From a virus (Duplodnaviria > Caudoviricetes): a stretch of 64,000 nucleotides of DNA. Positions within the stretch are counted from its first letter, which is position 1, and each line of letters begins with the position of its first letter. A program made the translations under genes and the position numbers. Where the stretch lies: positions 24,639-88,638 of IMG/VR virus record IMGVR_UViG_3300044658_000017. One strand, 5' to 3'. Positions 1-9,300 of the stretch are shown here, one piece after another. The notes beneath the pieces were generated by a model that did not search any database, was not told where the DNA came from, and saw only the letters and a list, made by a program, of their open reading frames with translations.

Positions 1-306
1 ATCAGAGATGGAATCTACTGGTTTAGGGTTAAAATATTTACTGATGCTAATAACTACACTTATGAAGAGGATTGTGCCTTTATGGACGTTACCTATAAGT
101 GTAAAGTAGCTGGTTATATAGATAATCTTAATGATACTATAGTAACTGAAGATAAGCAAATCAGTACCAATGTACATTTATTACACTATGCTCTTACAAA
201 TGGTTCCAACTGTGGTTGTAACTGTACATCATTATGTGATGTATTTACAGAGCTAACAAAACTTATTACACCAATAACACCTCAACAAAGAAGCTGTGGC
301 TGTTAA
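1..306 (+). CDS. 5'-truncated Cys-rich virion-associated protein (begins before the window)
   Basis: Frame 1 is open from base 1 (IRDGIYWFRVKIF...), so the ORF-track start at 82 is internal. Ends ...SCGC and overlaps the next gene. Confidence 0.65.
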   Translation: MRDGIYWFRVKIFTDANNYTYEEDCAFMDVTYKCKVAGYIDNLNDTIVTEDKQISTNVHLLHYALTNGSNCGCNCTSLCDVFTELTKLITPITPQQRSCGC

Positions 307-805
307 ATGTAACATACCTACATTGGCCTTGCAACAATTGCAACAAATGTATTTTGGATTTACTTGTCAGGATTTTACTACCAAGATAGTCCAGAATTAC
401 ATGGAGTTTCTGCATTGTCCTACTGTAGATTATTATATATGTGATGATTTTCCTTGTGCAGATGTTGAGGGAACTGTATTCTGTTCAGTAGATTCAGTTA
501 ATCTTACTGTAAGTAATATAACCGTAGCTGGTGCTACTGTAAGTTTCACTCCACCGACTCAACCTTATGTAGTTAACTTAATACTTAATGGTACTATAGT
601 CGATACTAAGGTTAACCCTACTTCACCTATATTGTATCAAAATCTAGGTGATGATTTAACATATACTGTACAGTTAACTATAAGCTGTCCTGCTGGTGAA
701 AGTAAAACAACAAGTACCAATTTTCATACATCACCGATCTGTGTAGTAACTAATAATTTTGAGGCTACTACGGCTGATGTTTGTGATTATCCAATTTGTA
801 ACTAA
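296..805 (+). CDS. Cys-rich structural protein with an FN3/Ig-like beta domain
   Basis: Thr/Val-rich beta pattern (VTVSNITVAGATVSFT...YQNLGDDLTYTVQLTISC) resembles FN3. Translationally coupled to neighbours in the tail region. Confidence 0.55.
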   Translation: MAVKCNIPTLALQQLQQMYFGFTCQDFTTKIVQNYMEFLHCPTVDYYICDDFPCADVEGTVFCSVDSVNLTVSNITVAGATVSFTPPTQPYVVNLILNGTIVDTKVNPTSPILYQNLGDDLTYTVQLTISCPAGESKTTSTNFHTSPICVVTNNFEATTADVCDYPICN

Positions 806-1872
806 TGAAGATTACATTAACTAAAATAGATTTAGGAGAAGCTACCTCACAAAATCAGGTAATACATCTTTTTTGGAAGAAAGATGGAGAAGCTGATACT
901 GCCTATAGAGCATTACCTGATGCTACTACAGATGTGAATGGTAACATTATAAGCCCTACTCCTTATCAGTTTACTACAGAAGGAACTGTTAATGTTCCTA
1001 TATGGGTATTAGCAGTTAATGCTTGTGATGGTACAAAAAGAGTTACTCATAAGTTTGATGGCCTTGCTTTGTGTTGTCCCGGTGGATATACTTTGTCTCC
1101 TGATGGATTACAATGCTCTCAGACTATTATACAAACACCTACGGTTACACAAGCAGGAGTATGTGTAGCATGTAGTAGATTATCTCCTGAATATGGTCAG
1201 GCTACAAGATTCTGGTCAGGATTTAACTATGCTCCTGATTTAAGTGATAATAATTATCAACTATTAAATACTCCTTACTGGTCAGGTAACCCTGCCGGTT
1301 CTGGTTCTACAGCAGCTTGTGGTGATACAAGTCCTGTATCTGGTTTTCCTATATCACCTGTTAATAGACAAGGTGTATGGGTAGATACAAACTGTGATGG
1401 TACAAAGAATGCATTAACTGCTGGTGCTCAATTACAATTTACATGGGTTATTAATAGTCCTACACCTAAAGTAGTATATGTAGGACTAGCTGGTGACAAT
1501 AACTTTGTACTAACATTAAATGGTACTCAGATAGCTGCCAGAACAAATAACTCAGACCCTACGAACTTTTATTTCCTATGGCTATTTCCAATACAATTAA
1601 TATCTGGTACTAACTATATAGGAGCTTCATTTACTGGAGATGGTTCAGTAAGTGATATGGGTTGTATGATTATTATAGATAATGACCCATCTACAATACC
1701 GGGTATTACTGATGATAGTCAAATACAATACTTATTTCAGACTTCTCAAATGATAGGAAGTCAACCAATAGATATAGCAACTTGTAATCCGGGCTTTACC
1801 TTAGACACATCAGGAGGTTCGGGTAATTATAGATGTGTACAAGTAAATACAGTACCTTCATCACCCTGTTAA
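805..1872 (+). CDS. Putative tail fibre / receptor-binding protein with a PA14-like or lectin beta-sandwich and Cys motifs
   Basis: 355 aa, rich in Gly/Thr/Ser/Cys. Motif VYVGLAGDNNFVLTLNG resembles PA14/CBM-like domains. Two CxxGY/FxL...C motifs. Confidence 0.5.
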   Translation: MKITLTKIDLGEATSQNQVIHLFWKKDGEADTAYRALPDATTDVNGNIISPTPYQFTTEGTVNVPIWVLAVNACDGTKRVTHKFDGLALCCPGGYTLSPDGLQCSQTIIQTPTVTQAGVCVACSRLSPEYGQATRFWSGFNYAPDLSDNNYQLLNTPYWSGNPAGSGSTAACGDTSPVSGFPISPVNRQGVWVDTNCDGTKNALTAGAQLQFTWVINSPTPKVVYVGLAGDNNFVLTLNGTQIAARTNNSDPTNFYFLWLFPIQLISGTNYIGASFTGDGSVSDMGCMIIIDNDPSTIPGITDDSQIQYLFQTSQMIGSQPIDIATCNPGFTLDTSGGSGNYRCVQVNTVPSSPC

Positions 1873-1884
1873 TAAAGAAGTAGT

Positions 1885-2199
1885 ATGTCAGCAAAGATAA
1901 CATTAACACATGCAGATTTTGATAGGGTTCCCGGTGTCAATCAGATTTGTACTGTAAAATATAAAGTACAAGGACAACCTGATTCATCCTTTATCACTGT
2001 GACTACTACTGCTGTAGTTGATATGGGTACAGGGAACTTCACTCCTTCTGTAGTTATATCAGGACTACTTAATGGAGTAACATATATTGTCAGGGTTTCT
2101 GATAATTGTAATAATATACCAGTTGACAAGCCCTTTACAACACCTCTTAGTATATGTGTTGCCTTAACAGATGTTGAAGGTACCACTGCTGTAGAGTAA
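1885..2199 (+). CDS. Small FN3-like structural protein
   Basis: 104 aa. VKYKVQG...VVISGLLNGVTYIVRVSDNC matches the FN3 pattern. N-terminus resembles that of 805..1872. Confidence 0.55.
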   Translation: MSAKITLTHADFDRVPGVNQICTVKYKVQGQPDSSFITVTTTAVVDMGTGNFTPSVVISGLLNGVTYIVRVSDNCNNIPVDKPFTTPLSICVALTDVEGTTAVE

Positions 2200-2271
2200 A
2201 CTATGAAAAACGATGATGACTATAGCAACAATCCGAATCCTATTTGTTAACCCGTTTAATCCCCCGTAAAG

Positions 2272-2658
2272 ATGATGACTATTTTGGACTGGCTTTCAAA
2301 CATTGCTTGGAAGAAGCCACGGACTCTGGCAATTATTATTCTAGTAGCTGGCACTATTATTTTAACAAGAGTTATAGTGTACCAACAAAATAGAATAGTA
2401 GACCTTGAAACCACAAATCGGAACATTACCAAAGAGGCAAATCAAAGAATTGATAGCTTGACTTTGGCCTTTTCTTTGAAAGAAGAAAGAATGAATGCTG
2501 AAACTAAGGCCACTCTTAACTCAGTAATTGAGGACTATAAATCTCAATTAAAAGAGCAAAGAGACATAACTAGAAGAGTAAACAACTCTATTATAGAGGC
2601 TAACAGAACTCTTAAGGATAACGAAGAAAAATTAAAACAGTTAAGCAATGTCAACTAA
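2272..2658 (+). CDS. Membrane-anchored coiled-coil protein (holin- or i-spanin-like candidate)
   Basis: One N-terminal hydrophobic helix (LAIIILVAGTIILTRVIVY) followed by a long heptad-rich region. Confidence 0.4.
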   Translation: MMTILDWLSNIAWKKPRTLAIIILVAGTIILTRVIVYQQNRIVDLETTNRNITKEANQRIDSLTLAFSLKEERMNAETKATLNSVIEDYKSQLKEQRDITRRVNNSIIEANRTLKDNEEKLKQLSNVN

Positions 2659-2962
2659 GATTATGGCAGTTTTAATGGTGCTACTCATACTGGTAGCTGC
2701 CTTTGTAGGCTTCAGTGGAAGTCCTACGGATTCATTAAGCCATAGCTATCAATTACCCGTGGCTTCTCGTAGTCATGCTACAAAAGAGGTCATTGATAGT
2801 GTGAAGACTGTTAGAGATCAGTTTGTTGCTCAAAAGGAAGACCTGAAGACGAAAATTCAGATTCTACAGGAGCAACAGAGAAAGATTAAGGACAGTCAAA
2901 AACAAATTGATAGCTTAACCGGCAATATTGTAGTTCAGCAGGTAATGTCTGCTACTAATTAA
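2648..2962 (+). CDS. Membrane-anchored or secreted coiled-coil protein (lysis accessory candidate)
   Basis: N-terminal hydrophobic helix (IMAVLMVLLILVAAFVGF) and a coiled-coil C-terminus. Overlaps the previous gene by 11 nt. Confidence 0.4.
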   Translation: MSTKIMAVLMVLLILVAAFVGFSGSPTDSLSHSYQLPVASRSHATKEVIDSVKTVRDQFVAQKEDLKTKIQILQEQQRKIKDSQKQIDSLTGNIVVQQVMSATN

Positions 2963-2986
2963 TGTCTCGGAGAAAGAGATAAAGTT

Positions 2987-3030
2987 AAGATTGAGTGTTA
3001 CTATTAATTAACACTCAATCTTTATTTTTA
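2987..3030 (+). terminator. Rho-independent terminator
   Basis: Perfect 14-bp stem AAGATTGAGTGTTA (2987-3000) / TAACACTCAATCTT (3009-3022), followed by TATTTTT, downstream of the 2962 stop. Confidence 0.7.
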
Positions 3031-3032
3031 CT

Positions 3033-3040
3033 TACATTTG
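3033..3040 (+). promoter_or_regulatory. Candidate Bacteroidota housekeeping-sigma -7 element (TAnnTTTG)
   Basis: TACATTTG lies just after the terminator and 16 nt before the ATG at 3057. No clear -33 TTG at the canonical spacing. Confidence 0.4.
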
Positions 3041-3056
3041 TATTAAACCCTCATAG

Positions 3057-3815
3057 ATGATACAGAAGATCAGAGAGAGTTTATTAGAGATGTTTTCGGA
3101 CATAAGGTTTGATGAAAGCCGGCACCTTTACTTTATAAATGGTGATAATTATCCTTCTGTATCTAAAAAGCTGGAATTACACTACGAAAAGTTTAATAAG
3201 GAGGTGTTACTTCCGAGGTGTGCAGCCAAAGAAGGCATCAGTATTTCAGAACTTGAAGAGAAGTGGAATCAGAAGAGAGATATAGCTTGTGATATGGGGC
3301 ATGATACCCATTACTTCCTCGAAACATATAGACCTGGGCTTGAATACTTGGCTGATATTCCTCAGAAAAAAGCTGGTATCAAATTCTTCCGGGACTTTAT
3401 ATACACCTCTAAGCCAAGATATTTTATTATTACGCAGGAGCTTAGAATGGTTCAAAGGATTTTCCGGTACTGTGGTACTACAGACTTATTATTGTGGGAT
3501 TCATGGGAGGAAAAGATTGTTATTGCAGACTGGAAAACTAATGAAGACCTCTTTAAGACTTATGGCTATCTTAAGCCCCCTTTTGATTATTTTGAATCAA
3601 ATCCTTTTAATAAATATCAATTACAATTCAACTATTATCAACTTTGTATAGAACAAGGTAAATATAAAGTAGGAGATAGATGGCTTATCTACTTAGATAA
3701 TCAAGAGAATTATACTATACATAAAGTGCAGGATTTGACTAAACAACTTAGAGAGTTCTTAACTAACCCAAATCAATTTGAAAAAGTTCCTGCCGGATAT
3801 GGTCTGGTATGGTAA
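3057..3815 (+). CDS. PD-(D/E)xK family exonuclease (Cas4/RecB-like fold)
   Basis: Motifs GHDTHYFLE, CGTTDLLLWD, IADWKT and YQLQFNYY. Confidence 0.8.
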   Translation: MIQKIRESLLEMFSDIRFDESRHLYFINGDNYPSVSKKLELHYEKFNKEVLLPRCAAKEGISISELEEKWNQKRDIACDMGHDTHYFLETYRPGLEYLADIPQKKAGIKFFRDFIYTSKPRYFIITQELRMVQRIFRYCGTTDLLLWDSWEEKIVIADWKTNEDLFKTYGYLKPPFDYFESNPFNKYQLQFNYYQLCIEQGKYKVGDRWLIYLDNQENYTIHKVQDLTKQLREFLTNPNQFEKVPAGYGLVW

Positions 3816-3824
3816 ATCAAGGAT

Positions 3825-4556
3825 ATGTTAGTATCAGAAGCAATACAAGCAGTTCAATCATTATATTCAAGAGGTGTACAATCTCAGGATAGTAGACTTA
3901 TGCCTAAGCATATATGGAATAAATTGCTTAGAGCAAGATCAAGTATCTTAATTCAAATGCTGAATAAGAAACAATTCTTATCTCAGTTTATTTATCAGAC
4001 TATTCCTTGTGTTGAACTTATTCAGTCTAATGCCTATGAATGTCCTTGTGTAGTTCCAGCAGGATGTATGTTACTCAGAAGTAAGTTTCCAATACCTAAA
4101 CCAGTAGCAAATATAGGTCAACATGCTATACAAAGTGTTACCTCATTAGATGGTAGCTTAGTAATAGATGGGGTAGATTTTGCTACTAATAAATACACTC
4201 CGGGTAATAAGTATACAAGTAAGAAACCACAGTGGTTCATATATAATAACTATCTGTATGTCACAATTATTAAGTATCTAAAAGTAGTACAGATAACTAT
4301 GATTGCTGACAATCCTGAAGAAGTGTGGGCTTATCCTTCATTCTGTGATGCTGAATGTACTGATTGTTGTTTATCTCCATTGGATAGAGAATTTCCAGCA
4401 GATCAAAATGTAACAGATACTGTTATACAGATGGCAAGTAATGAATTAGTTAATCTGTTTACACAGATGAGACAAGATAAGTGGAATAATGCTGATGACG
4501 ATACTTTAAATGCTAATATAGTACATCAACCCCAACAACCATTACCCGGACAATGA
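3825..4556 (+). CDS. crAss-like tail ring protein
   Basis: 243 aa, positioned directly before the IHF-like gene. N-terminal helical SQDSRL motif and C-terminal 'DREFP..D' as in crAss ring proteins. Confidence 0.55.
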   Translation: MLVSEAIQAVQSLYSRGVQSQDSRLMPKHIWNKLLRARSSILIQMLNKKQFLSQFIYQTIPCVELIQSNAYECPCVVPAGCMLLRSKFPIPKPVANIGQHAIQSVTSLDGSLVIDGVDFATNKYTPGNKYTSKKPQWFIYNNYLYVTIIKYLKVVQITMIADNPEEVWAYPSFCDAECTDCCLSPLDREFPADQNVTDTVIQMASNELVNLFTQMRQDKWNNADDDTLNANIVHQPQQPLPGQ

Positions 4557-5023
4557 GAACAGTAAACCTAAGACAATCTTACAGATTTTATCAAAAGCAC
4601 GTAGAAGAACCAGTAGATATTAAAATATACTTAGAGATCGTTCATGGTTTTCTTAAGTTTATAATGCAGAAGATATTTGATGGTAAAGATGTAAAATTAC
4701 CTTGTGAACTTGGAGCTATAGGAGTAAGAGGTAAAAAGATAAAGCCTTACATCGGAACAGATGGAGAAATTAAGGGCTTATCTCCAAATTGGAGAAAGAC
4801 CAAAGAGTTATGGGATAAAGATGAAAAGGCCAAGTTAGAGAAGAAAATAGTGTTTGATTTTAATGAGCATACATCAGGATTTAGATATAAAATTATATGG
4901 TGGAAGAAAAGAATGAAGTTTAAGAATAAAATGGTGTATTCATTAAGGTTTAGCCGACCAAACAAAAGAGCATTACATAAATTAATCAAACAAGGGAGAG
5001 AATATCCCGAATACCAAGCATAG
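4553..5023 (+). CDS. IHF/HU-like DNA-binding protein of the crAss tail module
   Basis: Basic 156 aa. 'IFDGKDVKLPCELGAIGVRGKK' resembles the HU/IHF core (G..V.l..lG.f). Position is conserved in crAss-like phages. Confidence 0.65.
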   Translation: MRTVNLRQSYRFYQKHVEEPVDIKIYLEIVHGFLKFIMQKIFDGKDVKLPCELGAIGVRGKKIKPYIGTDGEIKGLSPNWRKTKELWDKDEKAKLEKKIVFDFNEHTSGFRYKIIWWKKRMKFKNKMVYSLRFSRPNKRALHKLIKQGREYPEYQA

Positions 5024-5026
5024 GTT

Positions 5027-5311
5027 ATGGCCACAGAAACATCTATAAGAAAAGTATCTAAAGCAGAAAATAAACAGATACCTGCTGGTGCTAAGATACT
5101 AAGTAAAGAAAATCGTGTAACAGTTGAAGAAATAGAAAATGGTTTTCTTATATGTAAGTCAACTGATGTACGATATACTCTTGGTACAGGTAAGGATGCT
5201 CACACTGAGTATGCCTATATTACTAAGAGATGGTTTAGTAAGGAAGACCCATTGGAAATTAAGTTAAACAATAAGGATAAGTCTTTAGCTGATGCCTTTA
5301 ATGATGACTAA
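5027..5311 (+). CDS. Hypothetical protein
   Basis: 94-aa ORF tightly packed between the IHF-like and ring genes. Confidence 0.6.
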   Translation: MATETSIRKVSKAENKQIPAGAKILSKENRVTVEEIENGFLICKSTDVRYTLGTGKDAHTEYAYITKRWFSKEDPLEIKLNNKDKSLADAFNDD

Positions 5312-5313
5312 CT

Positions 5314-6372
5314 ATGTCAACTAATCCTAAATATGATCTTGTACCCATTGTATCTATCTTTGCAAAACTAACCAGAGACTTAGGACTTCAGACAGTAGAT
5401 GAAGCTGATGTAATAGAGTGGACGGGTGAAGCTCTTCAGGCTATAGGTTCAGTACCAATGTATGAAGATGCAGTGGCTTTTATGGAGGTAAGAAACCATC
5501 AGGTATACTTACCTAATGGAGCTTTAATGGTAGATCAGATTGCCCGAAATAAATGTTGGGCTGGCCCTGAAGCTAACCCTCTTTGTCCGGCTGATTTACT
5601 AAATGATATTAATAGCACTATCAATGTACAGGAATGTCTTGATGCTAATAACCCCTGTAAAAACCCATTACCGATTCCTTTGGATTGTAAGGGCCAACCA
5701 CTCAATGATTATAGTATAGCCTATTACCGGCCATATTATGATCTCCTGAGTGAATACTATGGTTGGAGTTGGAATGCTTCAAGATTAAATCAGGAATGTT
5801 TTATACCTGTAAGACTTACCACTAATACTTTTTTCTTAGCTCAACAGGATTACCAGCATAATCACGGTTTAAATAACCAACAGATATATCACCCCGGAGC
5901 TTCTTGGCAGGATGAATATATTATTAACCGAAAACTTGGTATTATCCGATTTAGCTTTAAAACTGGTCAGGTAGCTATAGCTTATAAAAGACAAGCTGTA
6001 GACCCGGAAACAGGTTATCCTCTTATACCTGATACTTATGCTCATAGAACTGCTATCACCAAGTATATTACTATGATGATGCAATCAAGAGAGTTTTATC
6101 AAGGTAGAGAAGGAGCTAAAGGTAGATTAGATAAAGCAGAACAGGATTGGCATTGGTACTGTAAACAAGCTGGTAACTTAGATTTAATGCCGTGGGGTAT
6201 TGATGAACATCAAAACCTCTATGATCAAAGAACAAGACTTTTACCGAATAATAAACAATATTTCAGCTTCTTTGGAAAGATGAATGTTCCTGAAGGTAGA
6301 AAGTGGGATGACCCCGACCATAGAAACTATGCAGTGAACTTCTTCAGAGGAGCTAAAGGATATGCATTCTGA
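5314..6372 (+). CDS. crAss-like tail tubular / ring protein (P22 gp4-like position)
   Basis: 352 aa. Motifs 'VIEWTGEAL', 'GYPLIPD' and 'WHWYCKQA'. Directly upstream of the muzzle gene. Confidence 0.65.
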   Translation: MSTNPKYDLVPIVSIFAKLTRDLGLQTVDEADVIEWTGEALQAIGSVPMYEDAVAFMEVRNHQVYLPNGALMVDQIARNKCWAGPEANPLCPADLLNDINSTINVQECLDANNPCKNPLPIPLDCKGQPLNDYSIAYYRPYYDLLSEYYGWSWNASRLNQECFIPVRLTTNTFFLAQQDYQHNHGLNNQQIYHPGASWQDEYIINRKLGIIRFSFKTGQVAIAYKRQAVDPETGYPLIPDTYAHRTAITKYITMMMQSREFYQGREGAKGRLDKAEQDWHWYCKQAGNLDLMPWGIDEHQNLYDQRTRLLPNNKQYFSFFGKMNVPEGRKWDDPDHRNYAVNFFRGAKGYAF

Positions 6373-6386
6373 TACTGATTTGTAGC

Positions 6387-9300
6387 ATGGCAAAAGCAAC
6401 ACAAGATCAATCACAGTACAAGGCCAATGTAACTAAGGTTTACACTGGCCTTCATAATGACAATAACCCTATAGATCAACCTAAGGGAACACATAGATTT
6501 GCACTTAATGCAGTTAATGAGGCCAATGATGGTCAACAGATGAATTTATCTAATGAAAGAGGTACTGCTATATCTGCAAATTTACCCGATGGGTTTTATA
6601 TACTTGGTGATAGATATTTCGAGAATGGAGAAGGAGTATTAATACTTAAAAATCCTATTACTGGTAAAGAAGAAATAGGATTAGTTGATAGATCAGATAA
6701 GTACACTACAGTAGTAAATACTGCTACTTTAGGACTTAAAATGAATCATCAATGTGATATTGTATTCAGAATACGTAGAGGTAGAGAGAGAGTTATCTAT
6801 TGGGTTGATGGCTATAATAAAGCAAGAACTTTCAACTTTGAAAGACAATATGAGTATTATAGTAATGATTATGCTAACTATCTTGCCGGTGGTGGTGACC
6901 CTAATACTTATATAGGAGAAAAATGGGATGGTAGTGCATTCAACTTAATTAAGGTTGCAAAGAGTATTCCTTTCTTTACTGATGTGTCAGTAATTGATGT
7001 AGGTTCCATTACTCCGGGTTCTTATAATTTTGCTATTCAATATGTAGATAGTGATCTTAATCCTACAGATTGGCTAACTACTAGCATGACTGTTAATATC
7101 TTTAATGACAGTCTTGATAATGCCTATTATCAAATTAGAGGTAGTAGAAACAGTCAAACAGCAGTACAATCTTTTGACCCTGCTAATAAAAGTATTAAAC
7201 TTACTATTACTAATCTGGATGATAATTTTCCTTTTTATAGAGTTGCTATTATACAAGCTGATGGCTTAACAGGTCAACCTGTATCTGTATATGCTTCAGA
7301 TGTACAATCAACAAGCAATAGTATATTCACTTTCTCTGGTAATACAGCTTCACTTACTAAGATAAGTCTTGAAGATATTCTTATTCAGAATGAAGTATTG
7401 TTTTCACCTAATCATATAGAGCAAATAGAGAATAGACTTATACTTGCTGATACAAGAGGAAAAGGAGTTAATTATTGTGACTTTCAAAAATTTGCCTCCA
7501 AGATTAGCAGTGATCTTGTTACTAAGGATATTATTCTAAATTCTACTGCTAGTGACCCTAACTTTAAGAATGCAAAAAGTACGTTCCTATATCGGGGGTA
7601 TATGCCGGGAGAAGTACATTCTTTTGGTATAGTATATGTTTTTGATGATGGCACTTTAAGTCCGGTATTTCATATACCGGGGGTATCATCAAGTAATATC
7701 AATACTTCAATGGTTCCTTATGAGGTACAGAATACAATCTATGAATCTATACATAACTGTGCTAAGAATAACTATTGGGGTGTAGATAGTGAGGGAAACT
7801 CATTGGTTGGTCATAATGTAAGACACCATAGATTTCCTTTTAGAAAAGATGTAGGGCTTCCCTTATTTAGTCGTAATGGAGACACTGTTACTATCCAAAA
7901 GTTTCGACTCCTCTTCAAAGTTTCATTGGCCACGGGGCAAACATGGCCAACTAATAGTGACGGCTCAGATAAGGTTATTACTTATAAAATAATTTATAAA
8001 GTAGGTAGTACAGGTTCGGTAGTAACTCTTACTAAGACTTTAATTAAGGGTGATCTTGACAGTGACATTGTTATTTATGATAATACTGATGCTTTAGGTG
8101 ATGTATCAGGAACTGCTGGTACTATGCCTATTAGTGGTACAGTACAGGAAGTATTACAAATAGAAACAGGTACTTTATCTGATTATGTTACTTCAGGAGT
8201 ATTTACTCTTAGTGGCAGTTATACCCCATATAATGCTGCTAGTGTATATAATACTGATACCTCAAAGATATTTGGTATTCAATTTTCAAATATAGAAAGA
8301 CCAGCAGATAATGTAATAGGCTTCTATATTGTGAGAAATGAAAGAAGAGAGGATGATAAGTTAATAATCGACAATGCCATCTTTGGCCCAATGACTGAGA
8401 ATAGTCAGTATAAATCATTTGGGTTACTAATGCCTAAACAATATTATCCTGTTACAAAACCTTGTGGTGGATTAATACCAGTAAGAAATTCAGGTAAGAC
8501 TGTATCTTATTATAAAAGAGGAGTTTGGTTCTTTAATCCAGAATATCAATTCTTTGCTAAGAAGACAAACTTCAATGGAGTTAATATACAAGGTATGTAT
8601 CTGGAAACAGGTGTTAATCTACCTACCAGAAAAGAAGAGTATAACGGAGGATTGTGTAGTGACTTTAGAGGAGTATATATCGAAGATGTACAACCCGGAA
8701 CTTCTTATAATTCAAGTGTAAATAAAGGTTCTGATAGTGATGGATTTGATATGATTGTAGGGTATAGAAATACCAATGTAAATTATCAAAACTATACTCT
8801 TACATTTCCTACATTTCAAAATACATTTTACTTAAATGCTGCTACTTATCAGAATCATAACGGTGATGTATTATACAATGTGTCCTGTGATAATAAGATT
8901 GGGGTAATGTATTTTAACTCTGATATTAACACAGACAATTTTTATAATCCTACTACTAAGAGAAACTATTTAATGTATGGAGCATTAACTAAGAACAATC
9001 CTAGTGCTTATGCTAACTTTATGAGTAGACCTTACTATAAAGAGCATAATAATCCTTTCTTATTTGGTGATTCCAGTATATTAAATGGAGTAGCAGTATA
9101 TAATGGAGATGCCTATATAAGTCCTATCACTCTTAGTAGTACTACTTTTTATGACACTTTAGTAGCTGAAAGAAAAAAGAAAAGTAGGGTATGGCAAATA
9201 GTAGTGGGAGCTATTCTTACTATTGCAGGAGTAGCATCATTAGTATTAACTGCTGGTGCCAGTTCTGCATTGAGTATTGCAGCTATTAGTTATGGAGTCT

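Noticed and set aside
2203-2250. 15-aa ORF MKNDDDYSNNPNPIC
   Set aside because: Too short to support, with no independent evidence of translation.
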